A stretch of DNA of 60,000 nucleotides, taken from contig CM075994.1 in the NCBI GenBank assembly GCA_038087875.1, positions 8,868,001 through 8,928,000 of the forward strand, read 5' to 3'. The DNA is from Malacoraja senta. Lineage: Eukaryota. Every line of letters starts with the position of its first letter. Position 1 is the first letter of the stretch. Positions 12,751 through 24,168 of the stretch are shown here, piece after piece. The translations under genes were made by a program, and so were the position numbers. Below the pieces are notes generated by a model. That model ran no database searches, was not told the origin of the DNA, and was given only the letters and a program-made list of their open reading frames with translations.

Positions 12751-13455
12751 TCATTCGATAAAAACATGCTTCCACATGAACCATGAACGAAATTTGTACT
12801 CAGGTCCGAGCAGCGTAATAGTGCAGTCAGAGATCAATCTAACGTATAAAACACTTTTTCTCACAGAGAGATGTGAGTCTGTGGAATTCTCTGCCTCAGA
12901 GGGTGGTGGAGGCAGGTTCTCTGGATGCTTTCAAGAGAGAGCTAGATAGGGCTCTTGAAGATAGCGGAGTCAGGGGATATGGGGAGAAGGCAGGAACGGG
13001 TTATTGATTGTGGATGATCAGCCATGATCACATTGAATGGCGGTGCTGGTTCGAAGGGCCGAATGGCCTACTCCTGCACCTATTGTCTATTTTCTAGTGT
13101 CTTCCACAATAAAATCTAAATAATAATGAGCCTATGAATAAATAGTAAAAAGCAAAAAAAAGCAGCGTGGTTAAAAGACAGCAGCATAATAATGTCGATA
13201 GCAGCAGCAGTAGCAGCAGACAGTTCACTGAGGTAGAGAGGGTACAGTCAGTGAGGTAGGGAGTTTAAAAGTCTCACGGCCTCGGGAAAGAAGCTGGCTT
13301 TAAGCCTTGTTGTCCTGGCCTTTATGCTGCGCAGCCTTCTCCCGGAGGGGAGGGGGGCAAAGAGTCCATTTGCCAGGTGGGTGGAATCCTTCATGATGTT
13401 TGAGGCTCTGCTCTTGCACCTGCTGATGTAAATGTCCTCAATGGCAGGGAGCATG
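12750..13455 (-). mobile_element. Rex1/Babar 3' fragment, with a CR1 3' piece inserted at 12850-13095
   Basis: LPAIEDIYISRCKSRASNIMKDSTH..PSGRRLRSIKARTTRLKASFFP at 13248-13469. Confidence 0.8.
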
Positions 13456-14562
13456 TTGGAATGGCACATTAAGTTAGCTGTAATCTAATAAGGCCGCATC
13501 CAAGAAACTTCAACTGGATATACTTCAAAATGTCCATTATTTTGTTAAAATAGCCCTCATGACTTACTAATGTGGCCGTAAGTCGGAGAGGATTATCTCG
13601 TCTGAAGAAGGGTCTCGACCCGAAACGTCGCCTATTTCCTTCGCTCCATAGATGCTGCCTCACCCGCTGAGTTTCTCCAGCATTTTTGTCTACCACCTAT
13701 TATTTTGTTGAATCTTCTTTTACTCTTTGGTATTTTAAATACGTTCATTTTAAGATTAAAATAAAGTAATAAAAGACGAACAATAACGTATTAATAAAAA
13801 TAAAAGGTAGACAAAAATGCTGGAGAAACTCAGCAGGTGAGGCAGCATCTATGGAGCGAAGGAAATAGGCAACGTTTCGTGTTGAGACCCCTTCTTCAAG
13901 AATCGAGCATTTCCAGCATTTTTCAGACTTCTCCAGCATTTTTGTCCCATAGATGCTGCCGCTGAGACCCGCCGAGTTTCTCCAGCATTTATGTCTACCT
14001 TCGATTTTCCAGCATCTGCAGTTCCTTCTTAAACAATAAAAATAAAAGGATTTGTTCTACAAAATTTGGATTCATTTAAAAGGCCGCAATTAATGGCCTA
14101 GAAGGCCGCATGCCTTGTGGAATTTGCGGAACTCCCTGCCACAGAGGGCAGTGGAGGCCAAATCACTGGATGGATTTAAGAGAGAATTAGATAGAGCTCT
14201 AGGGGCTAGTGGAATCAAGGGATATGGGGAGAAGGCAGCACGGGTTATTGATTGGGGACGATCAGCCATGTTCACAATGAATGGCGGTGCTGGATCGAAG
14301 GGGCGAATAGCCTCCTCCTGCACCTATGTTCTATGTTTCTATGCTGCCTTAAGGCCACAGGTTCCCCCTCCCCCCAGTAGAGCATCACATATGATGGTGG
14401 TGGACTTGCTGGTCGAGATGGAGATGCTTTTGGAGTGCATCTTTGTATGTGTTGATGTTTTGGAGATCTCTGATGCTGGCTGGTAGGGTATTACAATGCC
14501 TTACGCTGGTCCTATGATCCAATGGACTTATCGTCCAATGGTCCAATAGTCCTATGGTCCTA

Positions 14563-15330
14563 TCAAGTCAAGTCAAGTCAATTTTATTTCTATAGCACAT
14601 TTAAAAACAACTCTCGTTGACCAAAGTGCTTTACATCAGTGCAGGTACTAATGTGCTACATACAGTGGTACATAGATCTAACAATACATACATAAATACA
14701 TACATACAGCGCTCCCTCAGAGGACCTCAAGAAAGGCTTGAGAGTAGAAATATGTTTTAAGTCTAGACCGAAGAGTCGACGGAGGGGGCAGTTCTGATGG
14801 GAAGAGGGATGCTGTTCCATAGTCTAGGAGCTGCAACCGCAAAAGTGCGGTCGCCCCTGAGCTTAAGCCTAGACCGCGGGATGGTCAGTAACTCCAAGTC
14901 GGCCGATCTGAGGGACCTGGAGGTGGTGTGGTGGGAAAGCAGATTTTTGATGTAGGTGGGGGCAAGCCCATTGAGGGCTTTGTAAACATAAACAAGGAGC
15001 TTGAAATTGATTCGGAACCGCACAGGGAGCCAGTGGAGAGAGGCCAGAATCGGGGCGATGTGGTCCCTTTTTCGGGTGCCCGTCAGGAGTCTCGCTGTGG
15101 CGTTTTGGACCAGTTGCAGGTGGGACAGGGAAGATTGGCTGATGCCAGTGTAAAGGGAGTTGCAGTAATCAAGGTGGGAGGAGATAAATGAGTGGATGAT
15201 CTTTTCGAGGGTGTCAAACTGGAGGAATTGTTTTATTTTAGCTATCGTCCGAAGCTGGCTAGCTTTTACCACGGCATTGACTTGTTTGTCAAATTTCAAT
15301 GCAGAGTCAAATATAACGCCAAGGTTATTT
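14563..15330 (-). mobile_element. L2 LINE 3' fragment
   Basis: NLGVIFD, LDYCNSL, LQLVQNA and LHWLPVRFRI motifs; (TTGAC)n tail at 14563-14580. Same family as 56089-57363. Confidence 0.92.
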
Positions 15331-15399
15331 TTTTGACGTGAGTTTTGAGTAGTGGGGTAAGGCAAAGGTCCTGAGGTCCAATGTTTAGAGATACAGATA

Positions 15400-15715
15400 G
15401 TTTAGTTTAGAGATACAGTGTGGAAACAGGCCCTTCGGCCCACCAGGTCCGCGCCGACCAGCGATCCCCGCACATTAACACTATCCTACACCCACTTGGG
15501 ACAATCTTCACATTTACACCAAGCCAATTAACCTACAACCCTGTACGTCTTTGGAGTGTGGGAGGAAACCGAAGATCTCGGAGAAAACCCACGCAGGTCA
15601 CGGGGAGAACATACAAACTCCGTACAGACAGCACCCATTGTCAGGATCGAACCCGGGTCACCGGCGCTGCATTCGCTGTAAGGCAGCAACTCTACCGCTG
15701 CGCCACCGTGCCGCC
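15400..15715 (-). mobile_element. HE1-like tRNA-derived V-SINE, full length
   Basis: A box TGGCGCAGCGG, B box GGTTCGATCC, V-domain and CR1-derived tail ending (AAACT)n. Confidence 0.9.
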
Positions 15716-15780
15716 TAATAGTCCAATGGTCGTATGGTTCAATAGTCCAATTGTACAATGGTCCTATGGTCCTATGATTC

Positions 15781-15990
15781 AAAAGAGTTTCTCAAAGCTA
15801 AAAAATGGTCAATTCTTGAGTGGCCAAGTCAATCACCCGATCTGAACCCAATTGAGCATGCATTTTATATGCTGAAGGGAAAACTGAAGGGGACTAGCCC
15901 CCAAAACAAGCATAAGCTAAAGATGGCTGCAATGCAGACCTGGCAGAGCATCACCAGAGAAGACACCCAGCAACTGGTGTTGTCCATGAA
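15781..15990 (+). mobile_element. Tc1/mariner transposase C-terminal fragment
   Basis: ILEWPSQSPDLNPIEH motif. Confidence 0.9.
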
Positions 15991-16359
15991 TAGGCAGGAA
16001 CAGGCCATTCGGTCCTTCGAGCCAGCACAACATGAGGCATTCAATATGATCATGGCTGATCATCCAAAATCAGTACACCGTTCCTGTCTTCTCCGCATAT
16101 CCCGTGATTCCCCGAGCCCTAAGAGCTGTATCTAACTCTCTCTTAAAAATTGGCGGAGATAGATAGATTCTTGACTAGTGAGGGTGTCAGGGGTTACGGG
16201 GAGAAGTCCAAGATCAAGAAGTTGAAGAGAGTTTATTGTCATGTGTCCCAGATTCTTGCTTTGCTTCAGCACAACAGAACATTGTAGGCATAAATAAATA
16301 CATATACCATTGAATATATATGTATACACATAAATAAGCAGATAAAGTGCAATAGGCTA

Positions 16360-16740
16360 TTAAAGTTCAGAGTTTGTTTGAGTTGAGTTTAATAGCCTGA
16401 TGGCTGTGGGGAAGCAGCTATTCCTGAACCTGGATGTTGCAGATTTCAGGCTCCTGTACCTTCTACCTGAAGGCAGCGGGGAGATGAGTGTGTGGCCTGG
16501 ATGGTGTGGGTCCTTGATGATGTTAGCAGCCTTTTTGAGGCAGCGACTGCGATAGATCCCCTCGATGATAGACTGGGCAGTGTTTACGCCATTTTGCAGT
16601 CTTTTCCGCTCCTGGGCGCTCAAGTTGCCGAACCAAGCCAGGATCAGCATGCTCTCTACTGTGCACCTGTAGAAGTTCGAGAGAGTCCTCCTTGACATAC
16701 CGACTCTCCGTAATCTTCTCAGGAAGTAGAGGTGCTGATG
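16360..16740 (-). mobile_element. Rex1/Babar 3' fragment (same family as 25-1115)
   Basis: LYFLRRLRRVGMSRRTLSNFYRCTVES...SGRRYRSLKS. Confidence 0.9.
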
Positions 16741-16986
16741 TGAAGGCAGGAGAATAGGGTTGGGAGGGAGAGATAGATCAGCCACAATTGAATGGCGAAG
16801 TAGACTTGAAGGGCCGAATTGCCCAATTCTGCTCCTATTCCTTATGACCTTATGATCATCGACTGCCGCAGCGACCTCCCTACTAATGCTGTCAGTTCCT
16901 CTACAGATGCCTCCATGGTGCCGATCTGCACCCCAGCTGCAGGCTCTGCAGCCCCAGGGGACAAGTAGTGGGATGTGTTGATTTAA

Positions 16987-17490
16987 GGCAGCACGGTGGC
17001 ACAGAGGGAGACCTGCTGCCTTACAGGGCTTGCAGCGACAGAGACCCGGGTTCGATCCCAACCACGGGTGCTGTCTGTACTGAGTTTGTATCTTCTCCCC
17101 GTGACCTTTCATGGGTTTACTCCGAGGCCTTAGCTTTCCTCCCACACTCCAAAGACGTACAGGTTTGCAGATGAATTGGCTTGGTGTAAATGTAAAAATT
17201 GTCCTTAAGCGGGTGAGGCAGCATCTGTGCAGAGAAGGAATGGGCGACGTCTCAGGTCGAGACCCTTCTTCAGTCGGAAGAAGAGTCTCAACCCAAAACG
17301 TCGCCCATTCCTTCTCCAGCATTTTGTGTCTACCTTCGATTTAAACCAGCATCTGCAGTTCTTTCCTACACATAAAAATTGTCCTCAGTGTGTGCAGGAT
17401 AGTGTTAGTGTGCGGGGATCGCTGGTCGGTGTGGACTCGGTGGGCCGAAGGGCCTGTTTCCGCGATGTATCTCTAAACTAAACTAAATTT
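16987..17490 (+). mobile_element. HE1-like V-SINE interrupted by a fold-back Penelope terminal-repeat unit (about 17208-17372)
   Basis: tRNA head and V-domain; TAAAAATTGTCCT is duplicated on both sides of the insert. Confidence 0.85.
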
Positions 17491-17599
17491 AGCTGACGTC
17501 AGTGCGAGTTTACATAAATCGCGTATAATGGAAGTCGGGGAGTGCTTGTGTTAACAACTGAAACGGCATTAAATGAAAAGTACGTTAAAGAGCTTTAAA

Positions 17600-17821
17600 G
17601 GGCCTGTCCCACTTGACGATTTTTTCGACGACTGGTGGCGTCATATCAGTGTCGCCAAAAGATTTTGAACATTTCAAAATCCAGCGGCGACAAAAAAATC
17701 TTGGACACTTGAAAAAACACCGCGCGTCAATACGTCATCACGCTGCAACATTTTCGGTGACCTGAAACGTCAGTCAATGATGTCGGCAGTTGCCGAAAAA
17801 ATCGCCAAGTGGGACAGGCCT
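17600..17821. mobile_element. MITE with GGCCTGTCCCACTTG terminal inverted repeats (PIF/Harbinger-like)
   Basis: Long imperfect TIRs; TAA-type target; reverse-complement copy at 19311-19575. Confidence 0.85.
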
Positions 17822-18057
17822 TGAAGTCCTGGGTTTGTGCTGTGGTGGGGGCAGTACTGCCACCAAGTGGCTGACAGAAGGACTACAGCTGGGACTGACA
17901 GACATTCAGAGTGTCACCACCTGTGTATCATTCTACATGGAAACAGGCCCTCTGGCCCACCTCATTCTTGGAGTCACAGAGTCCAACAGGCCCTTAAGCC
18001 CAACTGCCCCATGCCAAGCAAGATGCCCCGTCTCATCTGGTCAAATTTGCTTGCATT

Positions 18058-18935
18058 TGGTGCAGCAGGCAGCGAAGAAAACAAATGGCATGTTGGTCTT
18101 TATAACAAGAGGAGTTGAGTATAGGTCCTTCTGCAGTTGTACAGGGCCCTAGTGAAACCACACCTGGAGTATTGTGTGCAGTTTTGGTCTCCTAATTTGA
18201 GGAAGGACATTCTTGCTATTGAGGGAGTGCAGCGTAGGTTTACAAGGTTAATTCCCCGGATGGCGGGACTGTCATATGCTGAGAGAATGGAGCGGCTGGG
18301 CTTGTACACTCTGGGGTTTAGAAGGATGAGAGGGAATCTTATTGAAACATATAAGATTATGAAGGGTTTGGACACACTTGAGGCAGGAAACATGTTCCCG
18401 ATGTTGGGGGAGTCCAGAACCAGGGGCCACAGTTTAAGAATAAGGGGTAAGCCATTTAGAACGGAGACGAGGAAACACTTTTTCACCCAGAGAGTTGTGA
18501 GTCTGTGTAATTCTCTGCCTCAGAGGGCGGTGGAGGCCGGTTCTCTGGATACTTTCAAGAGAGAGTTGCATAGAGCTCTTAAAGATAGCGGAGTCAGGGG
18601 ATATGGGGATAAGGCAGGAACGGGGTACTGATTGGGGATGATCAGCTATGATCACATTGAATGGCGGTGCTGGCTCGAAGGGCCAAATGGCCTACTCCTG
18701 CATCTATTGAAAAAAAAAAATGAAATGAAAGTCCTGGATGGAGTGGACGTGGAGAGGATGTTTCCAGTCTAGTGGAAGAGTCTAGGACCAGAGGGCACAG
18801 CTTCAGAATAAAAGGACGTTCCTTTAGGAAGGAGATGAGGAGGAATTTCTTTTGTCAGAGGGTAGTGAATCTGTGGAATTCATTGCCACAGAAGGCAGTG
18901 TAGGCCAAGTCAATGGATATTTTTAAGGCAGAGAT
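18058..18935 (+). mobile_element. Two CR1 3' fragments
   Basis: KPHLEYCVQFWSP...FFTQRVV and CR1 3'UTR hairpin GGTGCTGGCTCGAAGGGCC. Confidence 0.9.
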
Positions 18936-19310
18936 AGAAACATAGAAAATAGGTGCACGAGTAGGCCATTCGGTCCTTCGAGCCTGCACCACCATTCAAT
19001 ATGGTCATGGCTGATCATCCCCAATCAGTACCCCGTTCCTGCCTTCTTCCTATATCCCCTGACTCCGCTATCTTTGAGAGCTCTATCTAACTCTCTCTCG
19101 AAAGCACCCAGAGAATTTGCCTCCACTGCCTTCTGCGGCAGAGAATTCCACAGATTCACAACTCTCTGGCTGAAAAAGTTTTACCTCAACTCAGTCCCAA
19201 ATGGCCGACCCCTTTTTTATTAAACTGTGTGACCCCAGGTTCTGGACTACCCCAACATGGGGAAAAACTTTCCTGCATCTAGCCCGTCCAATCCCTTAAG
19301 AATTCCTTAA

Positions 19311-19575
19311 GGGCCTGTCCCACTTGCCGATTTTTTCGGCGACTGCCGGCATCATTGACTGATGTATCAGGTCACTGAAAAATTTGCGGCGTGACGCGGC
19401 GTGATGACGTATGACGCGCCGGTGACTCGGCGTGATGGCGTATTGACGCCCGGTGTTTTTTCACGTGCCGCAACATTTTTTTTGTCCCCGCTGGATTTTG
19501 AAATGTTCAAAATCTTTTGGCGACACTGATATGACGCCGGAAGTCGCCGAAAAAGTCGCCAAGTGGGACAGGCCC
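19311..19575. mobile_element. MITE with GGGCCTGTCCCACTTG TIRs inserted in a CR1 fragment
   Basis: TAA|GGGCCTGTCCCACTTGCCGA...GTCGCCAAGTGGGACAGGCCC|TTTAA. Confidence 0.9.
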
Positions 19576-20111
19576 TTTAAGAATTTTAAATGTTTCTATA
19601 AGATATCCTCTCATCCTTCTAAATTCCATGGAATACATGTACAGATTCTTGAGTGGGATGTGTTGATAGAGTGGGTGGTCTTAAAGATTTGCTGGCATAA
19701 GTGTAGGTTTAAATAAGTCACCTGTTATGCAAGTTGGGGAGACAATCGACAATAGACAATAGGTGCAGGAGCAGGCCATTCGGTCCTTCGAGCCAGCACC
19801 GCCATTCAATATGATCATGGCTGATCATCCCCAATCAGTACCCCGTTCCTGCCTTCTCCCCATATCCCCTGACTCCACTATCTTTAAGAGCCCTATCTAG
19901 CTCTCTCTAGAAAGCATCCAGAGGACCGGCCTCCACCGCCCTCTGAGGCAGAGAATTCCACAGACTCACAACAAAAGTGTTTCCTCATCTCCGTTCTAAA
20001 TGGCTTACCCCTTATTCTTAAACTGTGTTGCCCCTGGTTCTGGACTCCCCCAACATCGGGAACATGTTTCCTGCCTCTAGCGTGCCCAAACCCTTAATAG
20101 TCTTAATAGGC

Positions 20112-20503
20112 AGATGGGGCTCGTCGGCCTGGGAAGGCAGTCCATCTAGGAGAGGGAAAACTCTGATTTAAAACCTCCACTGCCTCGTGGCCATATCCAG
20201 TCATGGAAATGGCCCCAGGAGTAAACCTCAAGAAAATCTGGAGTCGGAGCCCCTAAGGCGGTTCATCGTTGTCTACAACCTCGCTCTGGCAGCTCCTGCG
20301 ACGGCGCTGGTGCCAAACTGTAACGGCCCTGCTGTTCCTTTGGATCGATCAGCGACGTGGAGAGGGGGGGACGTGCTGCGTTGGCAACAGCATGTCCTTC
20401 ATATGACATCGCTCAGGCTTGCATCCGACCACACATCACCTGCAAACTAGGATGCATGCATCACCCATGGTCAGTCATGACCGAGGGGGGCCTACTACTA
20501 CTT
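20112..20503 (+). mobile_element. Non-autonomous RTE-related retroposon, family A
   Basis: 5' GGCAGTCCATCTAGGAGAGGGAAAACTCTGA resembles RTE 5'UTR motifs; 3' CACCCATGGTCAGTCATGACCGAGGGGGGC(CTA)n. Confidence 0.6.
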
Positions 20504-20876
20504 CACTAAGATCCCCTCTCATCCCTCTAAACTCCAGAGTATACAAGACCAGCCGCTCCATTCTCTCAGCATATGACAGTCCCGCCATCCCGGTAATTAA
20601 CCTGGTGAACCTACGCTGCACTCCCTCAATAGCAAGAATGTCCTTCCTCAAATTAGGGGACCAAAACTGCACACAAAACTGCACACAATACAATCACTAG
20701 GGCCCTGTACAACTGCAGAAGGACCTCTTTGCTCCTATACTCAACTCCTCTTGTTATGAAGCTTTACAAGAACGATCCGAGGAATGAGTGGGTGAACCTG
20801 TGACGAGCGTTTGTCGGCATTGGGCCTGTACTCGCTGGAGTTTAGAAGAATGAGCGGGGACCTCATTGAAACTTAC

Positions 20877-21368
20877 TTGACTACGGCCTAATAACTGCAA
20901 AAAAACTTATACTCAAATTCTGGAACAAGACAACAGTCCCTACAGTGAAGATGTGGATTACTGACAGGTCCAAGACACTACATTTAGAAAACATTAGGCT
21001 TGTTTTGGCTGAAAAAGCAGATCAATTTATCAAAACATGGTCTCCTTTCACTGAATTTCCTCAACAACAGAATGGGTGAACACAAATTTAAAACCGATGC
21101 TTGGGGTGGGAGAGGGTGGGGGGGGGAGGTATATCTCCATTTTTCTTATTTCTCTTCTTTCCTCTCGCACTTCTTTGGTAGTTTAGAGGTCTTTTCTTGT
21201 CTTTTATTTCATTTTTCTTCTTTTTCTTCATTCTTTCCTTTTTTCTCTTTTTTTTTATTCATGTATTAATGTTAAAAATTAAGTTGTACGAAAATTGTAT
21301 AACTGGCATGTCGATTGCTTTATTCTTGTACAATTGCTTGTAATAAAATAAATAAAAAAAATAAAAAA
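20877..21368 (+). mobile_element. L1-clade LINE 3' end with A-rich tail and 9-bp TSD
   Basis: Translates LITAKKLILKFWNKTTVPTVKMW...FIKTWSPF (L1 ORF2 C-terminus). TSD GAAACTTAC at 20868-20876 and 21369-21377. Confidence 0.85.
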
Positions 21369-21727
21369 GAAACTTACAGAATAGTGATTAACAAGAGCGC
21401 GTGCATTAACGAAACAAACTGCAAGAACGGAAAAGTACGTTAAAAAGTGCTTTAATCTCTCATTCCCAGTGAAACACAGTACACACACACACACACACAC
21501 AGAGGCTGCACCTGCAAACAGCAAGAGTTGAACTTTGAAGAGAAACCGGGATCGTCGGAGTAACTGATGAAAGGCAACGAGCAGACGTGACCGAGTGTTT
21601 TATTACACAGTAACGTGACTGTTTGATTTGTCCCAGGTTATCCACGCTGCTCCCTTCCAGCTTTCCGGATGATCGGGGGGGTGGGGGGGCACGGAATTTC
21701 AGAGGGTCACCGGTCGGTGTCGGGGTG

Positions 21728-22438
21728 CAAGAGCCGAACTCGCTATCAAAACATGGAGGGGACGGGGGGGGGACACAATTTGTTGGCGTCCGCGCGCGCA
21801 TGCGCACACTCACACACAGGCTTCGGAGGCTCAATCCAGCGCTAAATGCAGCTCAACTCTGCCTGTCTCACCGGGTTAACTACAGCCCTGTCTGGACTGA
21901 TGGGACACCAGCACTGCCTCTCCGCACTGGCCATATTTCCTGCAAGTCCAGGAAGGCTATAGGCTCACCTGGCGGGACAGGGAGGGTTGACCTGGTTTAG
22001 CGCTGCTTCTCTGCGCTGGCTGTGGGCCTGGGGGGCACCTCGCCGGTCTGACTACCGACCAAAGATCCTATAGCGGAGGATCTTTGCTGCCGACACCCTG
22101 GCCACCCGCGGGGGGGGGGGGGGTACACGGGTGGGGACGGGACAACGCCGGAGACCCGGCCGGGATCGATCCTGCCTGCGGATGAAGCGCAGGTCTATGC
22201 CACGTCTCCTTCCTCCAATCATCGTGCTGAATTATCATGTCCCGCCCCCATTGCCTGCTGACCGATGTCTCTCTCGTCCAATCAGCGCCCTCGATCAGCA
22301 GTCCCACCCCCACTGTCTCGCGGAAAGCGGAGATTTTAAAATCCGGATCACAAACACTTGGGGGGGATGTCCCCCACCTCTCAAAACATGGGGGGGGGAC
22401 GTGTCCCCTCTGGCCCCCCGCCGGGTTTTCCGCCCCTG
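21728..22438. mobile_element. GC-rich non-autonomous hAT-type DNA transposon
   Basis: Perfect 8-bp TSD TCGGGGTG (21720-21727, 22439-22446). Imperfect TIR CAAGAGCCGAA / TTCCGCCCCTG. Subterminal CAAAACATGG(G)nAC at both ends. Confidence 0.8.
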
Positions 22439-22682
22439 TCGGGGTGGGTGGTCCGGTGGTCGCAGTCACGACATGTGGGGGCCGGAGGACGGACAAGCCT
22501 TGCGAGGGGGACCAGGTGTGCTGGGACCACCGAGAAGGGGGTGGGGGGGGGGTAGAACAAAGGGGGATCCTTTGTAACTCTGTCCTCGCCCTTTATGTGG
22601 CAACTCTTTGCATACCTTGGGTGTGCAAAGCAAAGCATATCACTGTGTCTTGTGACCTGTGACATGTGAGAATAAAGTATCA

Positions 22683-23335
22683 TTTATTTATTCATTCATT
22701 CATTCATTCATTATTCAATCAATCAAATAATTAATCAATGAATTAAATAATTCATTAATTCATCGGGCCATCAAGGGAGCAACAAAGTAATTAATTAATT
22801 AATTAATTGGCTGGCTTGTTGATCAATTAATTAATTAATTATTTGATTTATTCTTTCATTCGTTCATTCATTCATTCATTCACTCATTCATTCATTCACT
22901 CATTCATTCATTCATTCACTCATTCATTCACTCATTCATTCACTCATTCATTCATTCACTTATTCATTCATTCATTCATTCATTCACTCATTCATTCATT
23001 CATTCATTCATTCATTCACTTATTCATTCATTCATTCATTCACATTCATTCATTCATTCACTCATTCATTCACTCATTCATTCATTCATTCATTCATTCA
23101 CTTATTCATTCATTCATTCATTCACTCATCCACTCATTCATTCACTCATTCATTCATTCATTCATTCACTCATTCATTCATTCACTCATTCATTCATTCA
23201 CTCATCCATTCACTCATTCATTCATTCACTTATTCATTCATTCACTCATCCACTCATTCATTCATTCATTCATTCAACTATCCATTCACTCATTCATTCA
23301 CTCATTCATTCAATAACTAATTCATTCATTATTCA
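22683..23335. repeat. (TTCA)n microsatellite just 3' of the AIF1 stop
   Basis: Direct reading. Confidence 0.97.
22847..22852 (-). other. First AATAAA downstream of the AIF1 stop (candidate polyadenylation signal)
   Basis: tttatt on + strand. An alternative AATAAA lies in unique sequence at 21598-21603. Confidence 0.35.
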
Positions 23336-23413
23336 GGCTGTGAGATGTACGGAGCTCGGTACCGTGGAAGTTCGGAGGCAGGGATGGACAGAGGTAACGG
23401 GACCCCTGATGGG

Positions 23414-23498
23414 TCACGGGAGGTCGCTGAAGCTTTTCTTTGTCGGGAAGCCAATGGGCTTTCTCGGTTCTTTGGCCTTGTCTTCGTAGATCATTATT
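23414..23498 (-). CDS. AIF1: Allograft inflammatory factor 1, terminal coding exon (85 nt including TGA)
   Basis: Polypyrimidine acceptor tttcctgtctctcgttcacag|A, then IMIYEDKAKEPRKPIGFPTKKSFSDLP*. This aligns without gaps to the human AIF1 C-terminus [27 protein letters not shown] and is closer to AIF1 than to AIF1L (..ERDIASLP). Confidence 0.93.
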
Positions 23499-23756
23499 CT
23501 GTGAACGAGAGACAGGAAACAACAACGGCGGTGAAATCAGACCCCACGACCTCAAACTCATTCCTGCTCGAGCTGAAACATCTGTATTTCTGTATCCCTG
23601 CCCCGAGTCTGTTTATTGGAGACTCGAAGGGCCGAATGGCCTACTCCTGCACCTATTGTCCATTGGGGGGGGGGGGGGGGGGGGATACCAAAGGAATTAT
23701 ACTGTATCCAACCCAGTTTTTCTGTTCAGGAACGAACTGCAGATGCTGGTTTACAC

Positions 23757-24168
23757 TGTGGATTGTCACCTTGTCGTGGTGGAGAAGCTTGGACCTGAGA
23801 CCCTGAGAGCGATGCCGTCTGGAGCGATGTTCCTGGTAGGGCCACCCATGGCAGTAAGGTTGAGGGGGAGGACTCGGACAGAGAGCGATCCAACCAAGGC
23901 CTCAACGGTGGAACAGGCGGAGGACGATGGCTGACCTTAGTGGAGCGTCACAACGGCTGGGAAGGCGGATGAAGGCTGCAGCAGAAAAGGGTGTCCGGTC
24001 GTCTTGGACTCCATGCCACTGGATCCCGACCCAGATCTGTCAAGGAATGTGGGTGGCTGTCTGTGCACCAGTCTCCCCACAAAGTCATGCACAGGCGTCC
24101 TCCATATAGGGAATAGCACCCTGGAGACACCCATGGTCAGCCAGCCATGACCGAAGGGGGCCAAAGAA
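23757..24168 (+). mobile_element. Non-autonomous RTE-related retroposon, family B
   Basis: 5' CACCTTGTCGTGGTGGAG...CCTGGTAGGG resembles Expander/Rex3/BovB 5' ends. 3' end shared with 20112-20503. Near-identical copy at 32000-32418. Confidence 0.7.

Larger units (their letters stand above)
11760..14375 (+). mobile_element. hAT (Charlie-like) non-autonomous element fragmented by nested insertions
   Basis: Left end CAGGGGTGGGGAACC at 11760 and degenerate complement GGTTCCCCCTCCCC near 14360-14375. Internal AAGGCCGCA repeats at 13490, 14080 and 14100. Confidence 0.55.
18936..20760 (-). mobile_element. CR1 3' fragments hosting a MITE and an RTE-derived insert
   Basis: Reverse-complement CR1 3' ends with (GAAACATA)n and (GACAATA)n tails. 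Confidence 0.85.

Noticed and set aside
11670..12949. 363-405 aa ORFs rich in LSIY/LSVC
   Set aside because: Artefacts of the tetranucleotide microsatellite.
15640..15715. tRNA-like A/B boxes (also at about 16990, 28715, 31250 and 41100)
   Set aside because: These are SINE heads followed by V or CORE domains and LINE tails; there is no complete cloverleaf.
21700..22560. Second CpG-rich region as a gene promoter
   Set aside because: It is explained by a GC-rich hAT-type insertion with a perfect 8-bp TSD.
22843..23806. Plus-strand ORFs (poly-HSFI and MYGARYRG...)
   Set aside because: One is a microsatellite translation; the other is the antisense shadow of the AIF1 terminal exon running into TE sequence.
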